Assembly: GCA_963764725.1 (NCBI GenBank)
Contig: CAVXTM010000010.1
Location: forward strand, 96,001-160,000
Direction of reading: 5' to 3'
Source of the DNA: an uncultured Gammaproteobacteria bacterium
Lineage (GTDB): Bacteria > Pseudomonadota > Gammaproteobacteria > JACCXJ01
DNA length: 64,000 nt
Shown: piece by piece, positions 29,857 to 38,519 of the stretch
Layout of the letters: each line of letters begins with the position of its first letter
How positions within the stretch are numbered: the first letter of the stretch is position 1
Notes under the pieces: model-generated
The model's database searches: none
Seen by the model: only the letters and a program-made list of their open reading frames with translations
What the model was told of the DNA's origin: nothing
Made by a program: the position numbers and the translations under genes

Positions 29857-31008
29857 ATGCAAAAGAACGCCTTTTACCTCCTTGCCCTGATCACCTTGAC
29901 GGTGGTGGTCGCCGCGTTTTTTACCCAGAAAAGAAACGCGCCAGAGACTGAAATCCGGACCACGCCGGTATTTGCGGATCTGCTCGAGCGCGTGAACGAC
30001 GTTTCCAGAATCGAGATCAAGTCCAAGACCGAACAGACGGCCTTAGTGAAACGCGACGCTACCTGGGAGGTCGAGAATCACAGCCACTTCCCGGCGCTGT
30101 TTGAAAAGGTGAAGGGCGCCGTGGTGGCCTTGGCCGAGCTGCAAGTGATCGAGCGCAAGACCGCGAATAAGGAGCTGTATTCCAAACTGGGTGTGGAGGA
30201 TCCGGCTGGCGAAGCCGCCGCCTCGAAGCTTGTGACGTTGCTAGACGGGGATGGCCAAGCGCTGGCGTCATTGATTATCGGCAATGCGAGTACCGGTAAA
30301 ACTGCCGGAACCTATGTGCGGCTTCCGGCTGAAGCGCAAGCGCTGCTGGTCAAGGGCAGTCTGGATGTTCCGGCTAATCCGATGGAGTGGCTGGTCAAGG
30401 ATGTCGCCCATATCCCCTCGGAGCGGATACGGGAAGTCGTTATTCAAAAGCCGGGGCAGGCGCTAGTGCGCGTCTACAAGAACGATCCCAAGGATGCAGA
30501 CTACACGCTGGAGGCGCTCCCGAAAGGGCACAAAGTAAAATCCCAGTTAACGGTGAACAGCCTGGCGACGTCTCTGGAGTACCTGCGCTTCGATGATGTC
30601 GCGCCACGGGCGGATCTAAAACTCCCCGCGGACGCGACGGTCACGACCTTGCGCACCTTCGATGGGTTGGTGGCCATCGTCAAAAGCGCGATCGTGAAGG
30701 ATAAGACATGGGCTAGCGTGGAAATTTTTTTTGATGCCGAGGCGGCCAAGAAGGCGGCTGCGAACACCGGGAACCCAGCCTCCGGGGATGGTAAGGCGGG
30801 CGCGAATCCCGACAGTAAGGCAAAACCACCCGCTCCATCGGTCGCCGAGGAGGTCAAAGCGCTGAGCGAAAAAACCGCGCATTGGGCCTACGCGCTGCCA
30901 AGTCACACAGGCGAGCTGTTAACCACAACCGCGGCGGCGCTCACGACCAAGGAAGGAAAGGACGAAACCAAGCCGTCACCCGCGCCTAAGAAGCCCCCCA
31001 AACCCTAG
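29857..31008 (+). CDS. DUF4340-domain protein
   Basis: N-terminal TM, KLGVEDP...VTL...LIIGN...YVR; fourth gene of the gld-like operon. Confidence 0.8.
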   Translation: MQKNAFYLLALITLTVVVAAFFTQKRNAPETEIRTTPVFADLLERVNDVSRIEIKSKTEQTALVKRDATWEVENHSHFPALFEKVKGAVVALAELQVIERKTANKELYSKLGVEDPAGEAAASKLVTLLDGDGQALASLIIGNASTGKTAGTYVRLPAEAQALLVKGSLDVPANPMEWLVKDVAHIPSERIREVVIQKPGQALVRVYKNDPKDADYTLEALPKGHKVKSQLTVNSLATSLEYLRFDDVAPRADLKLPADATVTTLRTFDGLVAIVKSAIVKDKTWASVEIFFDAEAAKKAAANTGNPASGDGKAGANPDSKAKPPAPSVAEEVKALSEKTAHWAYALPSHTGELLTTTAAALTTKEGKDETKPSPAPKKPPKP

Positions 31009-31252
31009 ACCGAGAATCGGAGGGCGCTTTTCGCCTGATTCTGGGTCAACGCGGAAACTTGTCTCGTCACGGCGAGATGGGTGAGAAACGCCTCGACCTC
31101 TGTCGCGCCCATGTCTTTCGGGTGCTTTTTGCCGTTGTACAGCACAAGCGCTTCACCCAATCCGTATACGCTTGCTCGGTGCGGATGCTATAGTTCTTCC
31201 GGCGGCACTTATCCCGCACCTGATCCAATAGCCGGGGTCCTCCATAACCCAT
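31005..31252 (-). pseudogene. intI: Truncated integron integrase (N-terminal domain only, with frameshift)
   Basis: RLLDQVRDKCRRKNYSIRTEQAYTDWVKR/(fs)YNGKKHPKDMGATEVEAFLTHLAVTRQVSALTQNQAKSAL, a characteristic IntI N-terminus. Divergent from the cassette array; catalytic domain missing. Confidence 0.88.
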
Positions 31253-31339
31253 ACGAAATCTCCCAAGGTGTGAATGGAAATAAAATTAGGGTGTGATAAA
31301 AATGGCTAGCGGATTGATATCATGCTTTTTCGTCTATAG

Positions 31340-31410
31340 CATCAAGCGTGTAAAAACCGTAAAGGCGCATTATAAAGCGCCATTTTAGGGTGGCTACTTT
31401 AAGTTGGTCG
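31340..31410 (+). promoter_or_regulatory. Putative attI region
   Basis: AT-rich region upstream of intI ending in ...ACTTTAA-GTTGGTC, where the first cassette starts. Confidence 0.5.
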
Positions 31411-31608
31411 GCGCGCAGCGCCGGGGCCACGGCTTTTAGAACGGGAGATGAGCATGGATAGGATCACAGGCCATGATAACCGCGATCGCGACGGCGCTAA
31501 GCGCGCGCCAACCAACGGAGCGCGCGTTGTCTCACGTCAAGTTGTCCGGCGCTACGCGCCGTCCAACTCTCGTTCGAGCGGCACCGCTCAACTCGCGCTC
31601 CGTTAGTT
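31404..31608 (+). repeat. Gene-less cassette, copy 1
   Basis: About 105-bp body plus attC, nearly identical to 37199-37379; no credible ORF. Confidence 0.75.
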
Positions 31609-31627
31609 TTCGCAAGGGACATAAAAA

Positions 31628-32332
31628 ATGGCCGACGGCTTCAATTGGAAGTGTCCATTCTGCAACCATGCTTCGACAATTACATATTTGAACTGTGGGG
31701 GTGATACCTTACACTTTGAGAAGGGCAACAAAGATGGTGATTTGGGTTTGCTTAGTGAAGTGATCGTTTGCCCAAATAGCGAATGCAAGGAATACACAAT
31801 TAAGGCTGGTCTTTACAAGACAAAAAAGAAGCCGAACGGGGACAGAGAATTTATTGACGAGCCACTGCTTCAGTGGCAGCTCAGACCACAATCCAAAGCT
31901 AGGCCATTTCCTTCTTACATACCGCCGCAAATACTCGACGACTATCGAGAGGCGTGTTTGGTGAAAGACCTGAGCCCAAAAGCTTCGGCAACGCTATCTC
32001 GTCGCGCACTCCAAGGCATCATCAGAGACTTCTGGGGCATAAAGAAAAATCGCCTGATAGACGAAATTAACGAACTCAAAGGCAAGGTCGATCAACCAAC
32101 TTGGGATGCCATAGATGCTGTGCGTAGCATCGGCAATATCGGCGCTCATATGGAGAAAGACATCAACCTAATCGTGGATGTCGAGCCCAAAGAAGCGGAG
32201 CTTCTAATAGGTCTAATCGAGATCCTACTAAAGGATTGGTACATAGCAAGGTATGAGAGGCAACAGCATTTGCAGAGCATAGTTGCTGTGGCGCAAGCTA
32301 AGAAACAAGTAAAGAATGAAAGCGAAAACTAA
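31628..32332 (+). CDS. DUF4145 (HEPN-like) protein with N-terminal zinc ribbon; cassette
   Basis: CPFC...CPNSEC; DYREA...SPKASATLSRRALQ...RSIGNIGAH; AT-rich; stop lies within R''. Confidence 0.85.
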   Translation: MADGFNWKCPFCNHASTITYLNCGGDTLHFEKGNKDGDLGLLSEVIVCPNSECKEYTIKAGLYKTKKKPNGDREFIDEPLLQWQLRPQSKARPFPSYIPPQILDDYREACLVKDLSPKASATLSRRALQGIIRDFWGIKKNRLIDEINELKGKVDQPTWDAIDAVRSIGNIGAHMEKDINLIVDVEPKEAELLIGLIEILLKDWYIARYERQQHLQSIVAVAQAKKQVKNESEN

Positions 32333-32470
32333 CCACGGGTTCCAGGCGACGTCGGCGCTAGCGCTGCGCTTGTGGCTTCGCCCCTATGACTCGGTCGGAA
32401 AGCTGCGCTTTCCTCCCCCGTCAAGGGGCGCCGCTCAACTCGCGCTCCGTTAGGTCTCTTGGAGAACTCG

Positions 32471-32968
32471 ATGACCAACAACCTCGCAAGCATAAAACTT
32501 GGTCTTGCATTAGTAATGCTTGGGTTGCTCGTCGGAATTGGTCTTGGCATAACGTTTGGGGTCAACGAGGCTTTTTTTGAAGCGTATGTGGCTCAAGGGA
32601 TTGCTGCGCACCCAGAGGTTCATGATGGGAAAAGCCCTGAAAAGATATGGCGCTATGCGCAACGAGCGCATTTTCACGCCACAGGAATAGCCGCTTTTTC
32701 TATTGGCTTATTGCTGCTTGTTTCGGCGTCTACCCTCAAGCAACGATTCAAGACAATCACAGCAGTATTTATTGGCCTTGGCGGCCTTTACCCGCTCGCT
32801 TGGCTCACTATGTTTATTGTTGCGCCGTCTATAGGCAGAGACGCGGCACATGCACACCCAATGACAGAACTGCTTACCTATATTGGTGTAGGTGGACTGC
32901 TGCTTGGCATAGCTATCTTGCTTGCCAATCTATATCTTGGGTTGTTCAGTGAGCCAAACGACACCTAA
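32471..32968 (+). CDS. Hypothetical 4-TM membrane protein; cassette
   Basis: RBS GGAG, hydrophobic helices, QRAHFHATG motif; stop lies within R'' ACCTAAC. Confidence 0.8.
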   Translation: MTNNLASIKLGLALVMLGLLVGIGLGITFGVNEAFFEAYVAQGIAAHPEVHDGKSPEKIWRYAQRAHFHATGIAAFSIGLLLLVSASTLKQRFKTITAVFIGLGGLYPLAWLTMFIVAPSIGRDAAHAHPMTELLTYIGVGGLLLGIAILLANLYLGLFSEPNDT

Positions 32969-33028
32969 CTTTTCACTCCAGGCGACGCTATCGTCGCGCC
33001 CGGCGTTGGGCATCAAAGGAGGCGGCAA

Positions 33029-33790
33029 ATGGATATCCGCAATAAGAGATTTCTCATAACAGGTTCATCAAGTGGTATCGGCGCAGCTACTGCTACATAC
33101 GCCGCAAGCAAAGGGGCTGAAGTTATCTTGGTTGCCCGCTCTGAAGACAAATTGAAAAGAATCTGTCAAGAAATTCGTGATTCAGGTGGCACTGCCAATT
33201 ATTACACTGCGGACTTATCAGATTTGGTCGGTGTTCGTGATGTTGCTGCTCGGATTCAGGAGAAGGAGGGCACACCCGACATTATTATGAACAATGCAGG
33301 TTCAGGTCAGTGGAAATATGCTCAAGAAACCACTCCCAAGGAAGCCTCTTCGATGATGGCCGTTCCCTATTTGGCTGCTTTTGCAATGACCCATGCTTTT
33401 CTCCCCCAACTGATTGAGAGAAAGGGGGGCGTGATAATAAACATAACTTCAGTGGCAGCTTATATGGTTTGGCCAGGCGCCGCCAGTTATATTTCAGCGC
33501 GGTGGGCGATGCGCGGATTTAGCGATGCCCTCCGCGCAGAACTCAAACCTCACGGCGTAGATGTAATATTGGTTGCTTTTGCGAAAGTGGCCAGTGAATA
33601 TTGGGCACACAATCCTGGAAGCGAGAAGAATATACCTGAACGTCAGTCAATGATCCCAGTGCTGTCTCCCGAGACCGCAGCTAAACACATTGTATCTGGT
33701 ATTGAACAAGACAAGCAGCAAGTTATAGAACCATGGCGGCTTCGCTTAATTCTTGCTCTATCTCGAATCTTTCCAGGAATGGTGAAGTGA
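33029..33790 (+). CDS. SDR-family oxidoreductase; cassette
   Basis: TGSSSGIG, NNAG, YISAR (YxxxK variant). Confidence 0.88.
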   Translation: MDIRNKRFLITGSSSGIGAATATYAASKGAEVILVARSEDKLKRICQEIRDSGGTANYYTADLSDLVGVRDVAARIQEKEGTPDIIMNNAGSGQWKYAQETTPKEASSMMAVPYLAAFAMTHAFLPQLIERKGGVIINITSVAAYMVWPGAASYISARWAMRGFSDALRAELKPHGVDVILVAFAKVASEYWAHNPGSEKNIPERQSMIPVLSPETAAKHIVSGIEQDKQQVIEPWRLRLILALSRIFPGMVK

Positions 33791-33971
33791 ATATTGCCCA
33801 ACAAGGCGCTGCACCGGATGGCGATTCCGCTGCGCTTCATCGCCACCGGTGAGCGTGTCGTTGGTCGGCGCGCAGCGCCTGCGCCCTGGTCCATCGTCGC
33901 GGAATGGCCGCTATCGGCAGCATCAGCGTTGGTAGGATGCCGGCGTAGCCTAGCCTGGCCTGGAAAATTTC

Positions 33972-34562
33972 ATGCACCCGCTTTCGATCTTCTTTCTCGG
34001 CATCGCGATGTCAACCGATGCTTTTGCCGCGGCCGTCGGCAAGGGCGCCGCCATGCACAAGCCGCGCTTTTCTGAGGCGCTGCGCGCGGGCGTTATTTTC
34101 GGCACCATCGAGGGTGTAACCCCCGTCATTGGATGGCTATTAGGTCTGGCAGCGGCAAAGCACATCAGCGCGTGGGACCACTGGATCGCCTTCACTCTGC
34201 TGGGCCTTCTCGGCCTGCACATGATCTATGCCGGCTTCAAACCAGAAAGCGACGGGGGCGCTACTGATACCGCCAAAGGCAGACATGGCTTCTGGAGCCT
34301 AGCCGCCACCGGCCTTGCCACCAGTATCGACGCGATGGCGGTAGGTGTCGGCCTCGCATTTCTCGACGTGAACATTGGCGTCGTTGCGGTGGTTATTGGC
34401 CTGACGACGCTCGTGATGGTGACACTCGGCATCATGCTCGGCCGCATCCTAGGTAGTCTCACCGGAAAGCGTGCGGAGATCATCGGTGGCTTCCTGCTGA
34501 TCGCGATCGGTGCCACGATTCTGTACGAGCACCTATCTGCTCAGAATCGGAGTGTGCTTTGA
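33972..34562 (+). CDS. mntP: Manganese efflux pump MntP, copy 1; cassette
   Basis: [39 protein letters not shown]. Confidence 0.93.
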   Translation: MHPLSIFFLGIAMSTDAFAAAVGKGAAMHKPRFSEALRAGVIFGTIEGVTPVIGWLLGLAAAKHISAWDHWIAFTLLGLLGLHMIYAGFKPESDGGATDTAKGRHGFWSLAATGLATSIDAMAVGVGLAFLDVNIGVVAVVIGLTTLVMVTLGIMLGRILGSLTGKRAEIIGGFLLIAIGATILYEHLSAQNRSVL

Positions 34563-34912
34563 GTTGGAAGCGGGCTAACAGAAGCTATGCAGATGCCGCA
34601 TAACCAGTAAGGATTGAGACGACCATGGATGGTCGTTTCAATCCAATGTTCAAGAAGCCCGGTGTTGGGTGGGTTCTTTATTAAGGGGATTGCTTCGGTG
34701 AAGGGTGGGTGATGTGGTGGCTATGGGAATCGGGAGCTGGAGATAGCCGCAGTAGAGGGCGATCGGATCTGGGTGTTGGGTATCGTAATCGGATTTAGGG
34801 ACCTGTTAATAATGCCTTTCAGGGTGCGAATTAGGGGTCGCAGGCAAAGGGAGGCCGTGACCCGAAGAAAACACTGGGCGGTGCGGCGCGAGCGTTTGCA
34901 AGTTGCTATGGG

Positions 34913-36088
34913 CTACACATGGGCTGGGGATCGTGTCGAGCCGGGTGGTCTGAGGTTTGTGGGCATCCATGGGCGGCGGATGCGCCGTGAGCTATGGAAG
35001 CGGAGTCGTCCCCCGCAGGCCTGGCAGGTCGGTTGTGGCCGGGGTGGCAGTTCGACCTCCGGTACGGTCACGGTGAAGCCAAAGGCCAATTCGACTTTGG
35101 CCTTGAGATCTGCGATGGGCACCTTGGCGGTGGGCGACAGGAAGCCATAGTAGCGGACTCTGCATCCTCGGCGCGCCAAGCAGGGCCAATCCCTGGCCCT
35201 GGCTCTCATGAACCCGGTAGGCAAGACGTGCTGGAGGAAACGGCGGATGAACTCCAAGGCGTCGAGGGTCAGGGTCCGCAACCGAGCGCTGCCGGTTTTT
35301 TTGTAGGAGAAGGAGACCCGTCCGTCCTCGACCTTGAGGATGCGGTGATCCGAGATAGCCACCTTGAAGACGTAGGGAGCGAGATAGGCGATCGAAGCCT
35401 CGGCACGGGGTACGGCCTGGCAGTTGACGTTCCAGTCCTGCAGCCAGGTCTCCGAGGGGATCTGATCGAGCAGTCCGGCGGTGTGCATGAGATCGCGGAA
35501 CTTGCCGCGGAACAGCCGTGAGAGGGCTTTCACGGGCAAGAAGAAGGCGAGGCTTGAAGCATGCCAGGCGCCATCCTCAGCGGAAAGCGCCCCGCCCGGC
35601 ACGACGTAATGGATGTGTGGGTGATACTGCAGTTGCCGGCCCCAGGTGTGAAGCACGCCGAAGAAACCGGCTTGGTCGGCGTTGAGGAAGCGCGGATCGC
35701 GCACCAGCGTCTTGATGGCTTGAGAGGATGCCTGGAACAGTGCATCGTAGCCCAGTTGCTGGTGGCTACGCAGAAACGCGCGCAGGGGCTCGGGAACGGT
35801 GAAGGTGAGCATAAAGTGGTGGCCTGGCAGCTGGCGTTGGAGCTGTCGCTCGAGCCACTGCTGGGACTTGCGGTGTTGGCAGCCGGGGCAATGACGATTG
35901 CCGCAGGCGGCCGGAACGAGATGGTGATGGCCGCAGTCATCGCACTGATAGCAGACTGAGCCATAGGTCTCGGTGCGGCATTGACAGATGGCCTCGATGG
36001 TCTTTTTGTGCTCTCTGGGCATGGATTGTTCGTAGTGCTGGAGATATCCAGGGCCGTAGGTGCGGAAGATGTCATTGATGATGCCCAT
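34913..36088 (-). CDS. IS91-family (Y2 HUH) transposase
   Basis: Zn finger (CQC...CDDC...CGNRHCPGC), LHTWG, HPHIH (HUH), YLAPY (Y2), EFIRRFLQHVLP.GF, RYYG. Confidence 0.92.
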   Translation of the reverse strand: MGIINDIFRTYGPGYLQHYEQSMPREHKKTIEAICQCRTETYGSVCYQCDDCGHHHLVPAACGNRHCPGCQHRKSQQWLERQLQRQLPGHHFMLTFTVPEPLRAFLRSHQQLGYDALFQASSQAIKTLVRDPRFLNADQAGFFGVLHTWGRQLQYHPHIHYVVPGGALSAEDGAWHASSLAFFLPVKALSRLFRGKFRDLMHTAGLLDQIPSETWLQDWNVNCQAVPRAEASIAYLAPYVFKVAISDHRILKVEDGRVSFSYKKTGSARLRTLTLDALEFIRRFLQHVLPTGFMRARARDWPCLARRGCRVRYYGFLSPTAKVPIADLKAKVELAFGFTVTVPEVELPPRPQPTCQACGGRLRFHSSRRIRRPWMPTNLRPPGSTRSPAHV

Positions 36089-36089
36089 C

Positions 36090-36962
36090 TCAGAGTCCCT
36101 CCATCACCTGGTTGATGAGGGCCGAGGCGTTTTCCTGACCGGTCTGGGTCAGGTGCAGGTAGATCATGGTGGTTTCAAGACTGCTGTGGCCGAGGTAACG
36201 TTGGATGGTGCGGATATTGACGCCCGCTTCCAGGAGGTGTGTGGCATAGGAGTGCCTGAGAGAATGCACGCAGGCTTCTCGGGCTCGGATCTGGGCTGCG
36301 AACTTGGCGCGCCGGAAGGCGCCCTGCACCGAGCTTTTAGCCATGGGATGGTCAGCCGAGCGTGCGGACTTCGCATTACGCCCCATCGCCGGAAAGAGAA
36401 GTCTCGGGTTGCGGTGTGAAGCCCAGTGTTTGCGCAGGATGAGGAGGGTTGCTTGGGGCAGCGGGAGGAGGCGATCCTTGGAGCCTTTCCCGCGGTGGAT
36501 GTGCAACATCATGCGCTGGCTATCAATATCCCCCACCTCCAGATGCTGGGCTTCCTGCAAGCGCAGACCGCAAGCATAGACGGTGGCGAGGAAGGCGTAG
36601 TTATGCGGGGTGCGTACGCAGCCCAGGAGTCGGCGGACTTCTTCACGGCTGAGCACCGTGGGCAACTGTTGCTCGCGTTGAGCATGGATAAGCTTGAGCG
36701 TGTGCCAGTCGCGATGCAGGACATGCTCGAAGAAAAACCGCAGCCCGCTGTAGCAGATCCGCAAGGTCGCGGGTGACCAACGATCGACGTTACGCCGGTG
36801 GAGAAAATAGCGCTGCAGATCGTCCTCGGTGATCTGATCCGGGGTTTTATGGTAGAACTCAACAAGCATGCGCACGGCGCGGGTGTAAGCTTCTTGGGTG
36901 CGTTCGCCTTTACCGTTGAGCTGAAGGGCATTGATTGACTTCTGATACCAATCTTTCATCAT
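36090..36962 (-). CDS. Tyrosine recombinase (SAM-like N-terminus + catalytic domain)
   Basis: LPTVLSREEV, YACGLRLQE, GKGSKDR, HSLRHSYATHLLEAG, LGHSSLETTMIY; lacks the IntI-specific insertion. Confidence 0.93.
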   Translation of the reverse strand: MMKDWYQKSINALQLNGKGERTQEAYTRAVRMLVEFYHKTPDQITEDDLQRYFLHRRNVDRWSPATLRICYSGLRFFFEHVLHRDWHTLKLIHAQREQQLPTVLSREEVRRLLGCVRTPHNYAFLATVYACGLRLQEAQHLEVGDIDSQRMMLHIHRGKGSKDRLLPLPQATLLILRKHWASHRNPRLLFPAMGRNAKSARSADHPMAKSSVQGAFRRAKFAAQIRAREACVHSLRHSYATHLLEAGVNIRTIQRYLGHSSLETTMIYLHLTQTGQENASALINQVMEGL

Positions 36963-37198
36963 GGCCGTTCTCCTGTCATGGGGATGGGATGTCCGGAACC
37001 TTCCGCGGACCTCCGACAGGAAAACAGAGTTGACGTGAGGGCTAAAGGGCGACGGCCGATCAACCGCCGGCAAACCGAATTGCGACAGCCAACCTCAATG
37101 AACCGAATCTGCCGCGTAGCGGCTTACTTGAACATCCGCATGCACCTGACCGGATACAGCGCGCTTCGCCCGCTTTCGCCGGCAGGTGATGCGAGGTC

Positions 37199-37379
37199 GT
37201 TGGTCGGCGCGCAGCGCCGGGGCCACGGCTTTTAGAACGGGAGATGAGCGTGGATAGGACACAGGCCCTTGATAACCGCGATCGCGACGGCGCTAAGCGC
37301 GCGCCAACCAACGGAGCGCGCGTTGTCTCACGTCAAGTGGTCCGGCGCTGGGCGCCGCTCAACTCGCGCTCCGTTGGGG
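37199..37379 (+). repeat. Gene-less cassette, copy 2
   Basis: Near-identical to 31404-31608, with a shorter attC interior. Confidence 0.75.
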
Positions 37380-37431
37380 CCATCCATATCTCCGTATGGC
37401 TTTTTGTATGGGCTAGTGCTACTCTGCGCTC

Positions 37432-37722
37432 ATGGCAAAAACTCGCTTTGATTGGGACCCCGACAAGGACACAGAGAATCAGGGAAAGCACGGAGTCTCC
37501 TTCTCCCGCGCCCAATACGCTTTTGCGGACCCGCAGCGCGTGATTGCCAAGGACGAGACACACAGCCAGACCGAAGAGCGGTTCTATTGCTTTGGCGAGG
37601 TTGATGGTGGTGTGCTCACGGTGCGGTTCACTTACCGCGCTTCGGTTATTCGAATCATCGGCGCCGGTTATTGGCGCAAAGGAAAGGCGATCTATGAGCG
37701 CGAAAATCAAATACACCGATGA
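37432..37722 (+). CDS. brnT: BrnT-family toxin; cassette
   Basis: FDWDPDKDTENQGKHGVSF...EERF...VLTVRFTYR...IRIIGA. Confidence 0.9.
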   Translation: MAKTRFDWDPDKDTENQGKHGVSFSRAQYAFADPQRVIAKDETHSQTEERFYCFGEVDGGVLTVRFTYRASVIRIIGAGYWRKGKAIYERENQIHR

Positions 37723-37975
37723 ACCCCTTGGCAAGGTTCAGGTGGTTCCTGACTTCCTCCCTTCGCCGGCCGAATTGGCATTTCGTGAGGAAGGCGTGAA
37801 AGTAACTCTGGCTCTGAGCAAGAAGAGTATCGAGTTCTTCAAATCGGAGGCTACAAAGCATCACACTCAGTACCAACGCATGATTCGGCGGCTTCTCGAC
37901 GCTTATGTTGATGGCCAAACCCCAACCCGGCAGTCCACACGGACGCTGCGCGGAAAAGCCGCGCAGCGCCGGTGA
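37694..37975 (+). CDS. CopG/BrnA-like antitoxin
   Basis: DFLPSPAEL...KVTLALSKKSIEFFK...YQRMIRRLLD; overlaps the toxin 3' end. Confidence 0.85.
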   Translation: MSAKIKYTDEPLGKVQVVPDFLPSPAELAFREEGVKVTLALSKKSIEFFKSEATKHHTQYQRMIRRLLDAYVDGQTPTRQSTRTLRGKAAQRR

Positions 37976-37984
37976 CTTCTACGT

Positions 37985-38506
37985 GTGTGCCGGGCATGGC
38001 ACGAAGCGAGTCGGGTGAAAGTCCCGATACCAGGTATTTGCAGAGCCGAAGGTTAGGAGAAGGGCAAGGGCGTCATCGCGAGGTGGGGTCTGAAGGAAGT
38101 CCAATCCAAAGTCGTACACGAGGCTACGTTGTGGCAGAGCTGAGAGAAGACGTACTTGGTTGGAAAGCGTACTTCGGTGTCGCTCAAGTGCTGAGCCCTC
38201 TGCGCGATGTCAACAAATGGATACGACGCAATGGAAGCAATGGAGACGAGCGGGTTATCGGGAACTGCGACGACGCGGTGTCACCGTGCGCGAAGCATGG
38301 AACCTGAGCAAGTCGGCGCATGGACCGTGGCGCCTCTCCAAGACCCCGGCGCTCACGCTGGCTCTGCCGGCGCGGTACTTCAGCGGTTTGGGACTGCCGA
38401 GTCTGGCAGCGAGCTAGGAATATGTTTCATCGAACCGCCGTGTACGTGATCCGTATGTGCGGTTGTGTGGGAGGGGCGGGGCCGCGAGGCCTCCCCCTAT
38501 CCTGAT
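37985..38506 (+). mobile_element. Internally deleted group IIC intron inserted in an attC R' box
   Basis: 5' GTGTGCCGGGCATGG; domain V GAACCGCCGTGTACG...CGTATGTGCGGTTG (CGC triad); domain VI ending CCTATCCTGAT; maturase remnants (GWKAYF, GPWRLSKTPAL...YFSGLGL). The flanks rejoin to GT|TAGGT. Confidence 0.85.
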
Positions 38507-38519
38507 TAGGTTCGATCGG

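Larger units (their letters stand above)
34605..37133 (-). mobile_element. Tyrosine recombinase + IS91-type HUH transposase element, copy 1, inserted in attC
   Basis: Lies between R'' GCATAAC and the rest of an attC. The other end is GCCGCGTAGCGGC hairpin + TTACTTGAAC. Duplicated at 40659-43182. Confidence 0.85.

Noticed and set aside
26084-31008. Gliding motility system
   Set aside because: GldA/F/G-like ABC operons with DUF4340 are widespread in non-gliding bacteria, and no other gld/spr genes are present here.
33867-33971. yybP-ykoY manganese riboswitch upstream of mntP
   Set aside because: Expected from the gene family, but I could not identify the consensus in this short leader; an Rfam search would be needed.
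34573-34579. GGCTAAC as the R'' box of the mntP cassette
   Set aside because: GCATAAC at 34598 is part of a 15-bp perfect complement to the cassette start in copy 2, so it is the better R''.
36090-36962. Element recombinase as the integron integrase
   Set aside because: It lacks the IntI-specific insertion, lies inside the array coupled to an HUH gene, and a true intI remnant exists at 31005-31252.
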